From contig JBDSZL010000038.1 in NCBI GenBank assembly GCA_039925145.1, positions 53,181 to 117,180 of the forward strand: 64,000 nucleotides of DNA. The letters run 5' to 3'. The notes under the pieces were generated by a model. It saw nothing but the letters and a program-made list of their open reading frames with translations. It had not been told where the DNA came from and did not search any database. A program made the translations under genes and the position numbers. Source of the stretch: Vicinamibacterales bacterium. GTDB lineage: Bacteria; Acidobacteriota; Vicinamibacteria; Vicinamibacterales; SCN-69-37. Below, piece after piece: positions 22,647-30,742 of the stretch (its first letter is position 1; every line of letters starts with the position of its first letter).

Positions 22647-22922
22647 CTACGCGCTGGCGGATTTCGCGGTGAGGCGTTTGGCGATGCGCGACTTGTAACG
22701 CCCGGCGGCGTTATCGTGAATGATGCCCTTGCCAGACATCTTGTCGATCAGCGAGAACGTCTGGCTCACGGCGGCCTTGGCGGCGTCGGTGTTGCCCGTT
22801 TCAATGGCGCTGCGGATGCCCTTGAGGGCGGTCCGGAGTTTCGATCGGAGAGCGCGGTTGCGCTCGGTCCGCTTGAGGGTCTGGCGGTGAGCCTTCACCG
22901 CGGAAGCATGTCGAGTGGCCAC
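22647..22922 (-). CDS. rpsT: 30S ribosomal protein S20
   Basis: VATRHASAVKAHRQTLKRTERNRALRSKLRT. GTG 22922 is preceded by AGGAGAGG. Confidence 0.92.
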   Translation of the reverse strand: MATRHASAVKAHRQTLKRTERNRALRSKLRTALKGIRSAIETGNTDAAKAAVSQTFSLIDKMSGKGIIHDNAAGRYKSRIAKRLTAKSASA

Positions 22923-22986
22923 TAGCTGTCCTCTCCTGCGGGCTCGACCCGCTGGAATGTGCCCACGCTCGGGCAATAAACATCGA

Positions 22987-22995
22987 AGTATAGCA
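22987..22995 (-). promoter_or_regulatory. Candidate extended -10 promoter TGCTATACT for rpsT
   Basis: The minus strand reads TGCTATACT about 65 nt upstream of the rpsT GTG. It is an identical 9-mer to the box upstream of hrcA. Confidence 0.45.
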
Positions 22996-22999
22996 CGCG

Positions 23000-23404
23000 C
23001 TACTCCGGACCGTCCCCCTCCTTGGCCCGGCGCAGCCGCCGGCGCTCGCGGCGGTCCGGAGCCACGGGCGCGACGTGCCGGCGCGGTCCGGCGAGCCGCA
23101 TGAGGTCAAGGAGTGCCTGTTCTTCGGCCGACGGGGGCGGTGTGGTGTCCTGATAGAGGGTGCGCGCGTCTGCCTTGGCAATATGACGGTCCGCCGTTCC
23201 CCTGACGACGATCCGTTGCCTTCGTCCGAGTGGGCGCGTGATTTCGATGACGTCGCCCGGCTTGATCTCGCGATGCGGCTTGGCCGACTGGCCGTTGAGG
23301 TCGATCTTGCCGCCCTTGCAGGCTTTCTGGGCTTCCGACCGCGTCCGGAACAGGCACGCGACGTCGAGCCAGATATCGAGCCGCACCGGCGACTGGTCGT
23401 CCAC
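23000..23404 (-). CDS. S4-domain RNA-binding protein (Hsp15/HslR-like)
   Basis: VRLDIWLDVACLFRTRSEAQKACKGGKIDLNGQSAKPHREIKPGDVIEI matches the S4 alpha-L motif. Confidence 0.75.
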   Translation of the reverse strand: MDDQSPVRLDIWLDVACLFRTRSEAQKACKGGKIDLNGQSAKPHREIKPGDVIEITRPLGRRQRIVVRGTADRHIAKADARTLYQDTTPPPSAEEQALLDLMRLAGPRRHVAPVAPDRRERRRLRRAKEGDGPE

Positions 23405-23458
23405 CTGGATAATCTAGCAGGCCCGGCCGTGCGATGACGGCCCAGCGTCGAGGCGCCG

Positions 23459-26146
23459 CTACAACGCCGCGGTCACCAGGTCTCGCGCCTTCGCCAGCAT
23501 CTCGTCGATGCGTGATGGGTCCTTGCCCCCTGCCTCGGCAAAGTCAGGCCGGCCGCCTCCTCCGCCCCCGACGATCGGCGCCAGTTCCTTGATGAGCTGA
23601 CCGGCCTTGACGCGATCGGTGAGGTCCTTCGTGACGGCAACCAACAGTTGGACCTTGCCGTCATTCTCGGCGGCGAGTATCACGACGCCGCGCTTCAGAC
23701 GATCGCGAAGCGAGTCGCACAGACTCCGCAGCGCGTCCTTCTCGAGCCCACTCACGCGGCGGGTGACGAGCCGCGCATCGCCAACGGCGATGGAATCGTC
23801 CTGCTCGGGCGCCGAGCCTCCGAGCGCCAGCTTCAGTTTCAACTGGGCGTTCTCGCGGGCGAGGCGCCGGGCGTCGGCCTGGAGGTGCGCTATCGCGTCG
23901 GGCGCGTCGGTCGCCGAGACGCCAAGCGTCTCGAGCGTGCGGTGCAGCGCTGTGCTCTGAGCCTGCACGTGAGCAATTGCGCCCGACCCGGTGATCGCCT
24001 CGATGCGGCGAACGCCCGCGGCGACGCCAGACTCGGCGGTCAAGAGGAACGTTCCGATGTCGCCCGTCGCGGTGACGTGCGTGCCGCCACACAGTTCGAG
24101 GCTATAGTCCGCGACGGACACCACGCGTACCGACTCGCCGTATTTCTCTCCGAAGAGCGCCATGGCGCCGGCCTTGATGGCGTCGTCGGTTCGACGGACC
24201 TCGGTGGTGACCGGCGTGTTGCGATAAACCTGCTGGTTCACGGCGGTCTCGACGTTTCGTCGCTCTTCGGGGGTCAGCGCCTGGAAATGCGCGAAGTCGA
24301 AACGGAGACGGTCCGAGGCGACGAGCGATCCGGCTTGCCGGACGTGCGGGCCGAGCGCCTGCCGCAGCGCGGCGTGCAGCAGGTGCGTGGCGGTGTGATT
24401 GCGTCGGGTGGCGTCGCGGGTCGTGGCGTCGACCTCCGCCGCGACCGTGGATCCGACCGCTAAGGTTCGACTGGTGCTCACCCGGTGCAGGCGGGCGCCG
24501 CCCTGGGTGAGTCGGCTCATACCGATGACCGCCGCGGAACGCTCTCCGCCGACGGTCAACCAGCCACTGTCGGACACCTGTCCGCCCGACTCGACGTAGA
24601 AGGGCGTGCGATCCAGGAGAACGTAGCCTTCGACGCCAGGGTCGAGGCTTTCCACCTGCTGCCGGTGCTCATCGAAGAGCGCGATGATTGCGGCAGAGTC
24701 AAGGCGGAGCGATGTGTAACCCTCGAAGCGATCAGGGGTGGCCTCGAGTCGCTGACGTTCGGCGTCACTCAGGAAGGTGAAGCCCGCCGCTTTCTTCGTG
24801 TCGAAGGCGCTGCTCGATCGCGCGCGTACGCGCTGTGCCTCCATCGCGCGCTCGTAGGCCGCCATGTCGATGCTGAGACCTCGCTGGCTGGCCAGATCCT
24901 CGGCGAAGTCGAGCGGCACACCGAGGGAATCGTACAGGCGGAAGACATCCTCACCTGGAACGACCGTCGCCTGCGCCGCCACGGTGTGATCGAGCAGCTC
25001 TTCGAGCCGCGGTAATCCGGAGATCAGCACGGTGTCGAAGCGGTCTTCCTCTGACCGGACGGTTCGGACGACCGCATCCCGGCCAGACACCAGCTCTGGA
25101 TACGCCGTGCCCATCTGGTCGACGACCACATCGACGAGCTCGCAGAGAAACGGTTGCGTGAAACCGAGCTTCTTGCCGTGGCGCATGGCACGCCGCATGA
25201 TCTTGCGCAGAACATAGCCCCGCCACTCGTTCGAGGGCAGCACTCCGTCTGCGATGAGAAACGTCATCGCGCGCAGATGGTCGGCGATGACCCGCATCGA
25301 GACGTCCGGATGGTCGCGCTCGTCGGTCACGGCGGTGTAGCGACGCCCGGCGCGCTGGCCAATTGCATCGAGAATGGGCGCGAACAAATCGGTGTCGTAG
25401 TTCGACAGCTTGCCCTGCAGCACCGCGGTGATCCGCTCAAACCCCATTCCGGTGTCGATCGATGGCGCTGGCAGTGCCGAGAGCGTGCCATCGGCCGCCC
25501 GGTCGAACTCCATGAATACGTTGTTCCAGATTTCCACGTAGCGCTGGCAGGAACACTCGACGCCCAGACAGACGGGTCGATCGCAGGGGACCTCGTTGCC
25601 GCGAAAGTAGTGGATTTCCGAACAGCGTCCGCACGGTCCGGTATCGCCCATCTGCCAGAAGTTCTCTGCCTGGCCGAGTTCCGTGATGCGTCCCGCTGGC
25701 ACGAAGCGCGTCCAGATCTCGAACGCCTCGGCATCCCGGGCAATTCCACCCTCGCCCTTGAAGACCGTGGGGAACAGGCGGTCGGCCGGGAGTCTCCACT
25801 CTTCGGTGAGCAGCTTCCACGCAAAGGGAATGGCGTCGCCTTTGAAGTAGTCCCCGAACGAGAAGTTGCCCAGCATTTCGAAGAACGTGTGATGTCTGAG
25901 CGACGGTCCGACGTTATCGAGGTCGTTGTGCTTGCCGCTCACGCGCATGCACTTCTGCGAGGTCGTGGCGCGCGTATAGTCGCGCCGCTCCTTCCCGAGG
26001 AACAGATCTTTGAACTGGTTCATCCCCGCGTTGGTGAAGAGCAGCGTGGGATCGTCGCCCGGCACGAGCGATGACGAGGACACCATCCGGTGGCCGTTCT
26101 GGGCGAAGTAGTCGAGGAAGCTCTGGCGGATCTGGTTACCAGTCAT
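23459..26146 (-). CDS. alaS: Alanyl-tRNA synthetase
   Basis: FTNAGMNQFKD, WNNVFMEFDR and HTATHLLHAAL editing-domain motifs, plus a C-terminal DHHA1-like GGGGGRPDFAEAGG. 895 aa. Confidence 0.97.
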   Translation of the reverse strand: MTGNQIRQSFLDYFAQNGHRMVSSSSLVPGDDPTLLFTNAGMNQFKDLFLGKERRDYTRATTSQKCMRVSGKHNDLDNVGPSLRHHTFFEMLGNFSFGDYFKGDAIPFAWKLLTEEWRLPADRLFPTVFKGEGGIARDAEAFEIWTRFVPAGRITELGQAENFWQMGDTGPCGRCSEIHYFRGNEVPCDRPVCLGVECSCQRYVEIWNNVFMEFDRAADGTLSALPAPSIDTGMGFERITAVLQGKLSNYDTDLFAPILDAIGQRAGRRYTAVTDERDHPDVSMRVIADHLRAMTFLIADGVLPSNEWRGYVLRKIMRRAMRHGKKLGFTQPFLCELVDVVVDQMGTAYPELVSGRDAVVRTVRSEEDRFDTVLISGLPRLEELLDHTVAAQATVVPGEDVFRLYDSLGVPLDFAEDLASQRGLSIDMAAYERAMEAQRVRARSSSAFDTKKAAGFTFLSDAERQRLEATPDRFEGYTSLRLDSAAIIALFDEHRQQVESLDPGVEGYVLLDRTPFYVESGGQVSDSGWLTVGGERSAAVIGMSRLTQGGARLHRVSTSRTLAVGSTVAAEVDATTRDATRRNHTATHLLHAALRQALGPHVRQAGSLVASDRLRFDFAHFQALTPEERRNVETAVNQQVYRNTPVTTEVRRTDDAIKAGAMALFGEKYGESVRVVSVADYSLELCGGTHVTATGDIGTFLLTAESGVAAGVRRIEAITGSGAIAHVQAQSTALHRTLETLGVSATDAPDAIAHLQADARRLARENAQLKLKLALGGSAPEQDDSIAVGDARLVTRRVSGLEKDALRSLCDSLRDRLKRGVVILAAENDGKVQLLVAVTKDLTDRVKAGQLIKELAPIVGGGGGGRPDFAEAGGKDPSRIDEMLAKARDLVTAAL

Positions 26147-26157
26147 TGGAACTGGTC

Positions 26158-26163
26158 ATTCTA
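26158..26163 (-). promoter_or_regulatory. Candidate -10 box TAGAAT, 11 nt upstream of the alaS ATG
   Basis: The minus strand reads TAGAAT-gaccagttcca-ATG in the 54-nt recX-alaS spacer. Confidence 0.35.
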
Positions 26164-26200
26164 TCGGGGATTGCGCCGGCCGCACAGACCCGCGTCGGCC

Positions 26201-26701
26201 TCAGCCTTGCTCGTCTTCGTCTGGCCGATAGCTGAGCGCCTTCGCAATCAGGTCGGCGGGGAAGCCCCGGCGGAGCAGCTGCTGGAACAGCCGGCGGCGC
26301 GTGGCTGTGTCCATGGGTGCGTGGCCACGCTTTCTGGCAACGAGGCGCGTGAGGGTCTCGAGCTGCTCGTCGGGCGAAATCTGCAGCGTCGCCTCACGCA
26401 CGATCGCGGGACTGATCCCGCGTGCCTCGAGCTCGCGCCGAATGCGGAGGTGGCCGCGTCCTTTGATACGGCTGGCGGTCCGCACGTGCGCCTGGGCCAC
26501 GCGCGTGTCATCGACGAAGCGGTCGGAGACGAGGCCGGAGATCACGCGCTCCACTTCCTCGGCCGCATAGCCTTTGTCGAGCAGTTTGGTGGTGAGTTCG
26601 GCGGTCGAGTAGTCGCGCCGTCCGAGCATTCGGAGTGCCAGCGTCCTCGGGTTGGTCGTGGGGCGAGGAGGCGCCTCGCCCGGCCGGCGACGATGGATCA
26701 C
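26201..26701 (-). CDS. recX: Recombination regulator RecX
   Basis: ALRMLGRRDYSTAELTTKLLDKGY..VERVISGLV helical-repeat pattern. Start is uncertain: GTG 26701 directly follows the pilT stop, and ATG 26629 is the alternative. The ORF-track start at 26845 overlaps pilT. Confidence 0.75.
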   Translation of the reverse strand: MIHRRRPGEAPPRPTTNPRTLALRMLGRRDYSTAELTTKLLDKGYAAEEVERVISGLVSDRFVDDTRVAQAHVRTASRIKGRGHLRIRRELEARGISPAIVREATLQISPDEQLETLTRLVARKRGHAPMDTATRRRLFQQLLRRGFPADLIAKALSYRPDEDEQG

Positions 26702-26702
26702 G

Positions 26703-27833
26703 TTACGACCTGAAGCGGGGCCCGTCGCCGAGACCGCCGGAGACCAGGGACGCGGCCGTGCCGGTGGTAATGCCGCGGAGCCGCATGCGGAACTCCTCGA
26801 CGTTGGTGACCCACCGTTCAGCTTCGGCCGTGGTGACGGTGCCATTCTGGCAAAGGTTCAAGATGGCCTGATCGAAGCTCTGCATGCCGTACTCGGATCC
26901 GCCCGCGACAATCGCGTCGGCGATGAGCGATGTCTTGTCGCGATCCTGGATGCAGTCGCGGATGTACGGCGTCGAGATGAGGACTTCTGCCGCCAGCGCG
27001 CGGCCCTGGCCGTCGGCGCGAGGCAGGAGACGCTGCGAGACGGCTGCGCGCAGCACGCGCGAGAGCTGCGTGCGGATCTGGTCGTGTTGGTGCGGCGGAA
27101 ACACGGAGATGATGCGGTTGATGGTCTCGGGTGCGTCGAGCGTGTGCAACGTCGAGAACACAAGGTGGCCGGTCTCGGCCGCGACCAGGGCTGTCTCGAT
27201 CGTCTCGATATCGCGCATTTCACCAATCAGGATGACATCGGGATCCTGCCGCAACGCCGCGCGCAGGCCCGACGCGTACGACGGCGTGTCAAAGCCAATC
27301 TCGCGCTGGGTGACGACCGCCCGGCGGTCGCGATGCACGAACTCGATGGGGTCTTCGATCGTCAGCACGTGAAGTGCACGCGATCGGTTGATGGCGTCGA
27401 TGATGGCCGCGAGTGTCGTGCTCTTGCCGCTGCCCGTAACGCCGGTGACCAGCACCAGGCCGCGTGACTCCTCGGCCAGAGCGATGACCGACGCGGGAAC
27501 ACCCAGCACGTCCATGGCCGGAATCTGATCGGGAATCAGACGCATCGACACGGCCGTGGTGCCGCGCTGCCGAAACACGCTGGCGCGCACGCGACCGATG
27601 CCCGTGGCCTGCCACGCTACGTCCACTTCGAGCTTCGTCTGCAGCTTTTCCTGGTGCCCGGGAGGGAGGAGCCGCAGCGAGATCGCGTCGAGGTGGGCCG
27701 CCGTGAGGGGCGCCACCGACGTCCACCGCTGCAACTCGCCGTGAATGCGCACGAGCGGGGCGTGCCCCGCCCTGAGGTGGATATCCGACGCGCCCTTGGC
27801 GCTTGCGGTGGTGATCAGCTGGTCGAAAGTCAT
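26703..27833 (-). CDS. pilT: Type IV pilus retraction ATPase PilT
   Basis: ASDIHLRAG..P..RIHG, Walker A (GVTGSGKSTT), Asp box and HLVFSTLHT motifs. Confidence 0.9.
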   Translation of the reverse strand: MTFDQLITTASAKGASDIHLRAGHAPLVRIHGELQRWTSVAPLTAAHLDAISLRLLPPGHQEKLQTKLEVDVAWQATGIGRVRASVFRQRGTTAVSMRLIPDQIPAMDVLGVPASVIALAEESRGLVLVTGVTGSGKSTTLAAIIDAINRSRALHVLTIEDPIEFVHRDRRAVVTQREIGFDTPSYASGLRAALRQDPDVILIGEMRDIETIETALVAAETGHLVFSTLHTLDAPETINRIISVFPPHQHDQIRTQLSRVLRAAVSQRLLPRADGQGRALAAEVLISTPYIRDCIQDRDKTSLIADAIVAGGSEYGMQSFDQAILNLCQNGTVTTAEAERWVTNVEEFRMRLRGITTGTAASLVSGGLGDGPRFRS

Positions 27834-27870
27834 CGGTCTCGTCCGCGTCTAACGCGGGCTACACGCCCAC

Positions 27871-27893
27871 TGCAAGGGCCTTGCCGTCTTTTT
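27871..27893 (+). terminator. Intrinsic-terminator-like hairpin plus T6 tract, oriented on the plus strand in the ilvE-pilT spacer
   Basis: GCAAG-GGC-CTTGC followed by CGTCTTTTTT. The stem is short (5 bp). No plus-strand gene lies upstream. The complementary A-tract could instead be an UP element for pilT. Confidence 0.25.
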
Positions 27894-27978
27894 TCCAGGA
27901 AAATGGTCTGGAACACCGATGGGGCCGTTGTTAGCCGTGTCGCAAGCGTGACGCGGGACGACAAAACCGTTAGCGCTC

Positions 27979-28929
27979 TCAGCCGTGCTTGCCGGTGACG
28001 GATGCGATCTCGACAGGCAGCAGCCAGCTGTGGCGGTCGGGCACAACGCCGTTCACATAGTCGAAGAAGCCCTGCTGCAGAGCGGCCGTGACCGGCCCTC
28101 GGCGGCCTTCGCCGATCTGAATCCTGTCGACCGACCGGATGGGGGTCACTTCGGCCGCGGTCCCGACGAAGAAGAGCTCGTCCGCGATGTAGAGCATCTC
28201 GCGCGGCAGATCCTGCTCGCGAACGTGATACCCGAGATCATGCGCGATGGTGATGATGCTGTCCCGGGTAATACCCGGGAGAACCGAGGCGGACACGGGC
28301 GGCGTATACAACACCTCGTCGCGCACGACGAAGATGTTCTGGCCGCTGCCTTCGCTCACGTGGCCCTGTGGATCGAGAGCGATGCCCTCACTGTAGCCGT
28401 CGACCAGCGCTTCCATCTTGATGAGTGCCGAGTTGGCGTAGTTCGCGGCCGACTTGGCCATGGCGGGGAAGGTGTTCGGCGCGCTTCGGGCCCACGAGGA
28501 CACGCAGACGTCGACTCCATGTTCGAGCGCTTCGGGGCCGAGGTACGCACCCCATTCCCAGACGAGAATGACCCCTTCGACCGGGCACGTTTGGGGGTTG
28601 ACTCCAAGCTCGTGATAGCCCCGATAGAGCAGCGGCCGGATATAGCAGGCCTCGAGCGCGTTGGCTTGCACGGTGTCGACCACGCCCCGAATGAACGTCT
28701 CTTGATCGAGCGAATAGTCCATCCGGTAGATCTTCGCCGAGTCGTAGAGGCGTCGGATGTGGGCGTCGAGGCGGAAGAACGCCGACCCTTGCGGTGTCTT
28801 GTAGCAGCGCGCGCCTTCGAAAACCGCCGACCCGTAATGGACCACGTGGGAGGCGACGTGAATGTTGGCGTTCGCCCAATCGACGATCTTGCCATTCATC
28901 CACACCTTGCCGGTGCCGCTGAACGCCAT
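27979..28929 (-). CDS. ilvE: Branched-chain amino acid aminotransferase
   Basis: VWMNGKIVDWANANIHVASHVVHYGSAVFEGARCY and the fold-type IV aminotransferase pattern. AGGAG SD upstream. Confidence 0.92.
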   Translation of the reverse strand: MAFSGTGKVWMNGKIVDWANANIHVASHVVHYGSAVFEGARCYKTPQGSAFFRLDAHIRRLYDSAKIYRMDYSLDQETFIRGVVDTVQANALEACYIRPLLYRGYHELGVNPQTCPVEGVILVWEWGAYLGPEALEHGVDVCVSSWARSAPNTFPAMAKSAANYANSALIKMEALVDGYSEGIALDPQGHVSEGSGQNIFVVRDEVLYTPPVSASVLPGITRDSIITIAHDLGYHVREQDLPREMLYIADELFFVGTAAEVTPIRSVDRIQIGEGRRGPVTAALQQGFFDYVNGVVPDRHSWLLPVEIASVTGKHG

Positions 28930-28990
28930 GAAAACTCCTGAGGAAGATACCGCGCCCGGTACGGGGCAGGAACACCCGATCTTACTACGG

Positions 28991-30001
28991 CTATTGACCT
29001 TCGCCGCAGAACGGGCAGCGCGCAGTGCGCGACGGCAGCGGCTTGCGGCAGTGCCAGCAGAAGCGGTTGGCGACGACGTCAGGTGTGCGGGCGGGCGTCG
29101 ACACCGCGCGCGCCTGAGGCGTTGGAGTGGCCGCGGAGGGACCCCCGCGCGGTCCGCTGGTCGAGCCTCCCGCTCCAGAGGCCGCGGCGACGCGACGGAC
29201 CAGGGTCTGTCGCGCGCGCAGGATGTCCGTCAACATGTCTTCGGCCCGCTGATAGCGGGCCGAGACGTCAGGCTGAATCGCTCGCATCACGACGTCGTCG
29301 ATGGCGGCCGGCACAGCGGCGTTCTTGAGCCGCGTGGATGACACGAAGTCTCCACGCCTGATGCGGTCCAGATCGGCGGGCGACGGGGTGTCGTACGGCA
29401 GAACGCCCGTGAGCATCTGATACATCGTGATGCCGAGCGAGTACAGATCCGAAGCGAAGACGGCGCGTCCCTCGAACTGCTCCGGCGCCATGTACGGCGG
29501 ACTCCCGATGACGGTGGTGCCGTGAGCCGCGATTTCGAGGAACCGTGACGTGCCGAAGTCGCCAACCTTCAGCAACCCGCGTTCGGTCACGAACACATTG
29601 GCGGGCCGCAGATCCCGGTGAATCACGCCCTGCCGGTGAGCATGCTCCACGGCGTTGGCGATCTGACACGTGTAGTCGAGCGCCAGGTGCACGTCGAGCG
29701 CGCCTCGGTCGCTGATGATCGTCTCGAGTGTCTCGCCAGGAACGTACTCCATGACGATGAAGAAGATGCCGTCCTGCTTCTCCGCGGTGCTGATGGCCAC
29801 GATGTTCGGGTGATTCAGCGATGCCAGCAGCCGTGGCTCGCGCAGCAGTTCGCCGAAGTCGAGATTCTGTTTGTGAGGAACTTTGATGGCGACGCGTTTG
29901 TCGATCCACGTGTCTTCCGCCAGATAGACCGTGCCGAAGCCTCCGCTGCCGAGCGGCTCGAGCATCCGGTACTTGCCAAGCGTCTGTCCGCGGAACACCA
30001 T
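28991..30001 (-). CDS. Ser/Thr protein kinase (catalytically intact, soluble) with a C-terminal zinc ribbon
   Basis: GSGGFGTVY, AIKV, HRDLRPANV, DFG and APE motifs. The C-terminus is CWHCRKPL..RCPFCG. ATG 30001 was chosen; the 129-aa 5' extension of ORF 28991..30388 overlaps rsmE. Confidence 0.88.
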   Translation of the reverse strand: MVFRGQTLGKYRMLEPLGSGGFGTVYLAEDTWIDKRVAIKVPHKQNLDFGELLREPRLLASLNHPNIVAISTAEKQDGIFFIVMEYVPGETLETIISDRGALDVHLALDYTCQIANAVEHAHRQGVIHRDLRPANVFVTERGLLKVGDFGTSRFLEIAAHGTTVIGSPPYMAPEQFEGRAVFASDLYSLGITMYQMLTGVLPYDTPSPADLDRIRRGDFVSSTRLKNAAVPAAIDDVVMRAIQPDVSARYQRAEDMLTDILRARQTLVRRVAAASGAGGSTSGPRGGPSAATPTPQARAVSTPARTPDVVANRFCWHCRKPLPSRTARCPFCGEGQ

Positions 30002-30011
30002 TGCCGGGGAG

Positions 30012-30019
30012 AGTATAAC
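30012..30019. promoter_or_regulatory. Shared AT box AGTATAAC in the 24-bp divergent spacer
   Basis: It reads TATAAC-6 nt-ATG towards rsmE and TATACT-10 nt-ATG towards the kinase. It is the only AT-rich element between start codons 30001 and 30026. Confidence 0.4.
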
Positions 30020-30025
30020 GTCCCG

Positions 30026-30742
30026 ATGCACCGTTGCTACGCGCCGCATGCCGCGCGCCCGTCGATCGTGCTCTCCGACGACGAAGCCCATCACGTGACG
30101 CGCGTGCTCCGGCTCGGCGTCGGAGCGGAAGTGGCGGTCTTTGACGGCCGCGGCGGAGAATGGCTTGGACGCATCGCCGACAGCACCCGTTCGCTCACGC
30201 GCGTCGAGCTTGTCGAGGCCCGCGTTCCGGTCGTCGAGCCGGCCGTTTCGGTGACAGTCGCAATCAGTCTGCTCAAAGCCGACGGCATGAACAACGTCAT
30301 CCGTGACGTCACGATGCTCGGCGCCGCCGCGATTGTGCCGCTTGTCTCCGCGCACGTGGCCGGACCCGACCCCGGTCGCCGCACGCAAACGGTCGAACGC
30401 TGGGCCCGCGTCGCGGTGGCCTCATCGAAACAGTGCGGGCGCGCCGTCGTCCCGGACATTCGCCCGCTGGCGACGCTGGAGGCGGTGCTTGCGGCCGAAA
30501 CGGGCACGCGAGTCTGTTGTGTCGAACCCAGCTTGTCCACCGGTGCATCGGTCGGCGTCGGCCCACGTCCGACCAGCGCGCTGGTCTGCGTGGGGCCCGA
30601 AGGCGGGTGGTCGGACGAGGAACTCGCGTGCGCCCACAGGTACGAGGCGCGGTTGTTGGCGCTCGGGCCCAGAACGCTGCGTGCGGAAGCAGCGCCGACG
30701 GTCGCCCTCAGCGTGCTGTGGACGTGCTGGGGCTGGAGCTGA
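30026..30742 (+). CDS. rsmE: 16S rRNA (uracil1498-N3)-methyltransferase RsmE
   Basis: EAHHVTRVLRL, VFDGRGGEW and C-terminal GPEGGWSDEE..LGPRTLRAETA pattern. Confidence 0.85.
   Translation: MHRCYAPHAARPSIVLSDDEAHHVTRVLRLGVGAEVAVFDGRGGEWLGRIADSTRSLTRVELVEARVPVVEPAVSVTVAISLLKADGMNNVIRDVTMLGAAAIVPLVSAHVAGPDPGRRTQTVERWARVAVASSKQCGRAVVPDIRPLATLEAVLAAETGTRVCCVEPSLSTGASVGVGPRPTSALVCVGPEGGWSDEELACAHRYEARLLALGPRTLRAEAAPTVALSVLWTCWGWS

Noticed and set aside
26136-26159. A 7-codon upstream mini-ORF (ATG ACC AGT TCC AAT GAC TGG TAA, minus strand) overlapping the alaS start codon; considered as a possible leader peptide.
   Set aside because: Its ATG overlaps the last two bases of the candidate -10 hexamer (TAGAATG). 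It would therefore not be transcribed if that promoter is real, and nothing else supports it.
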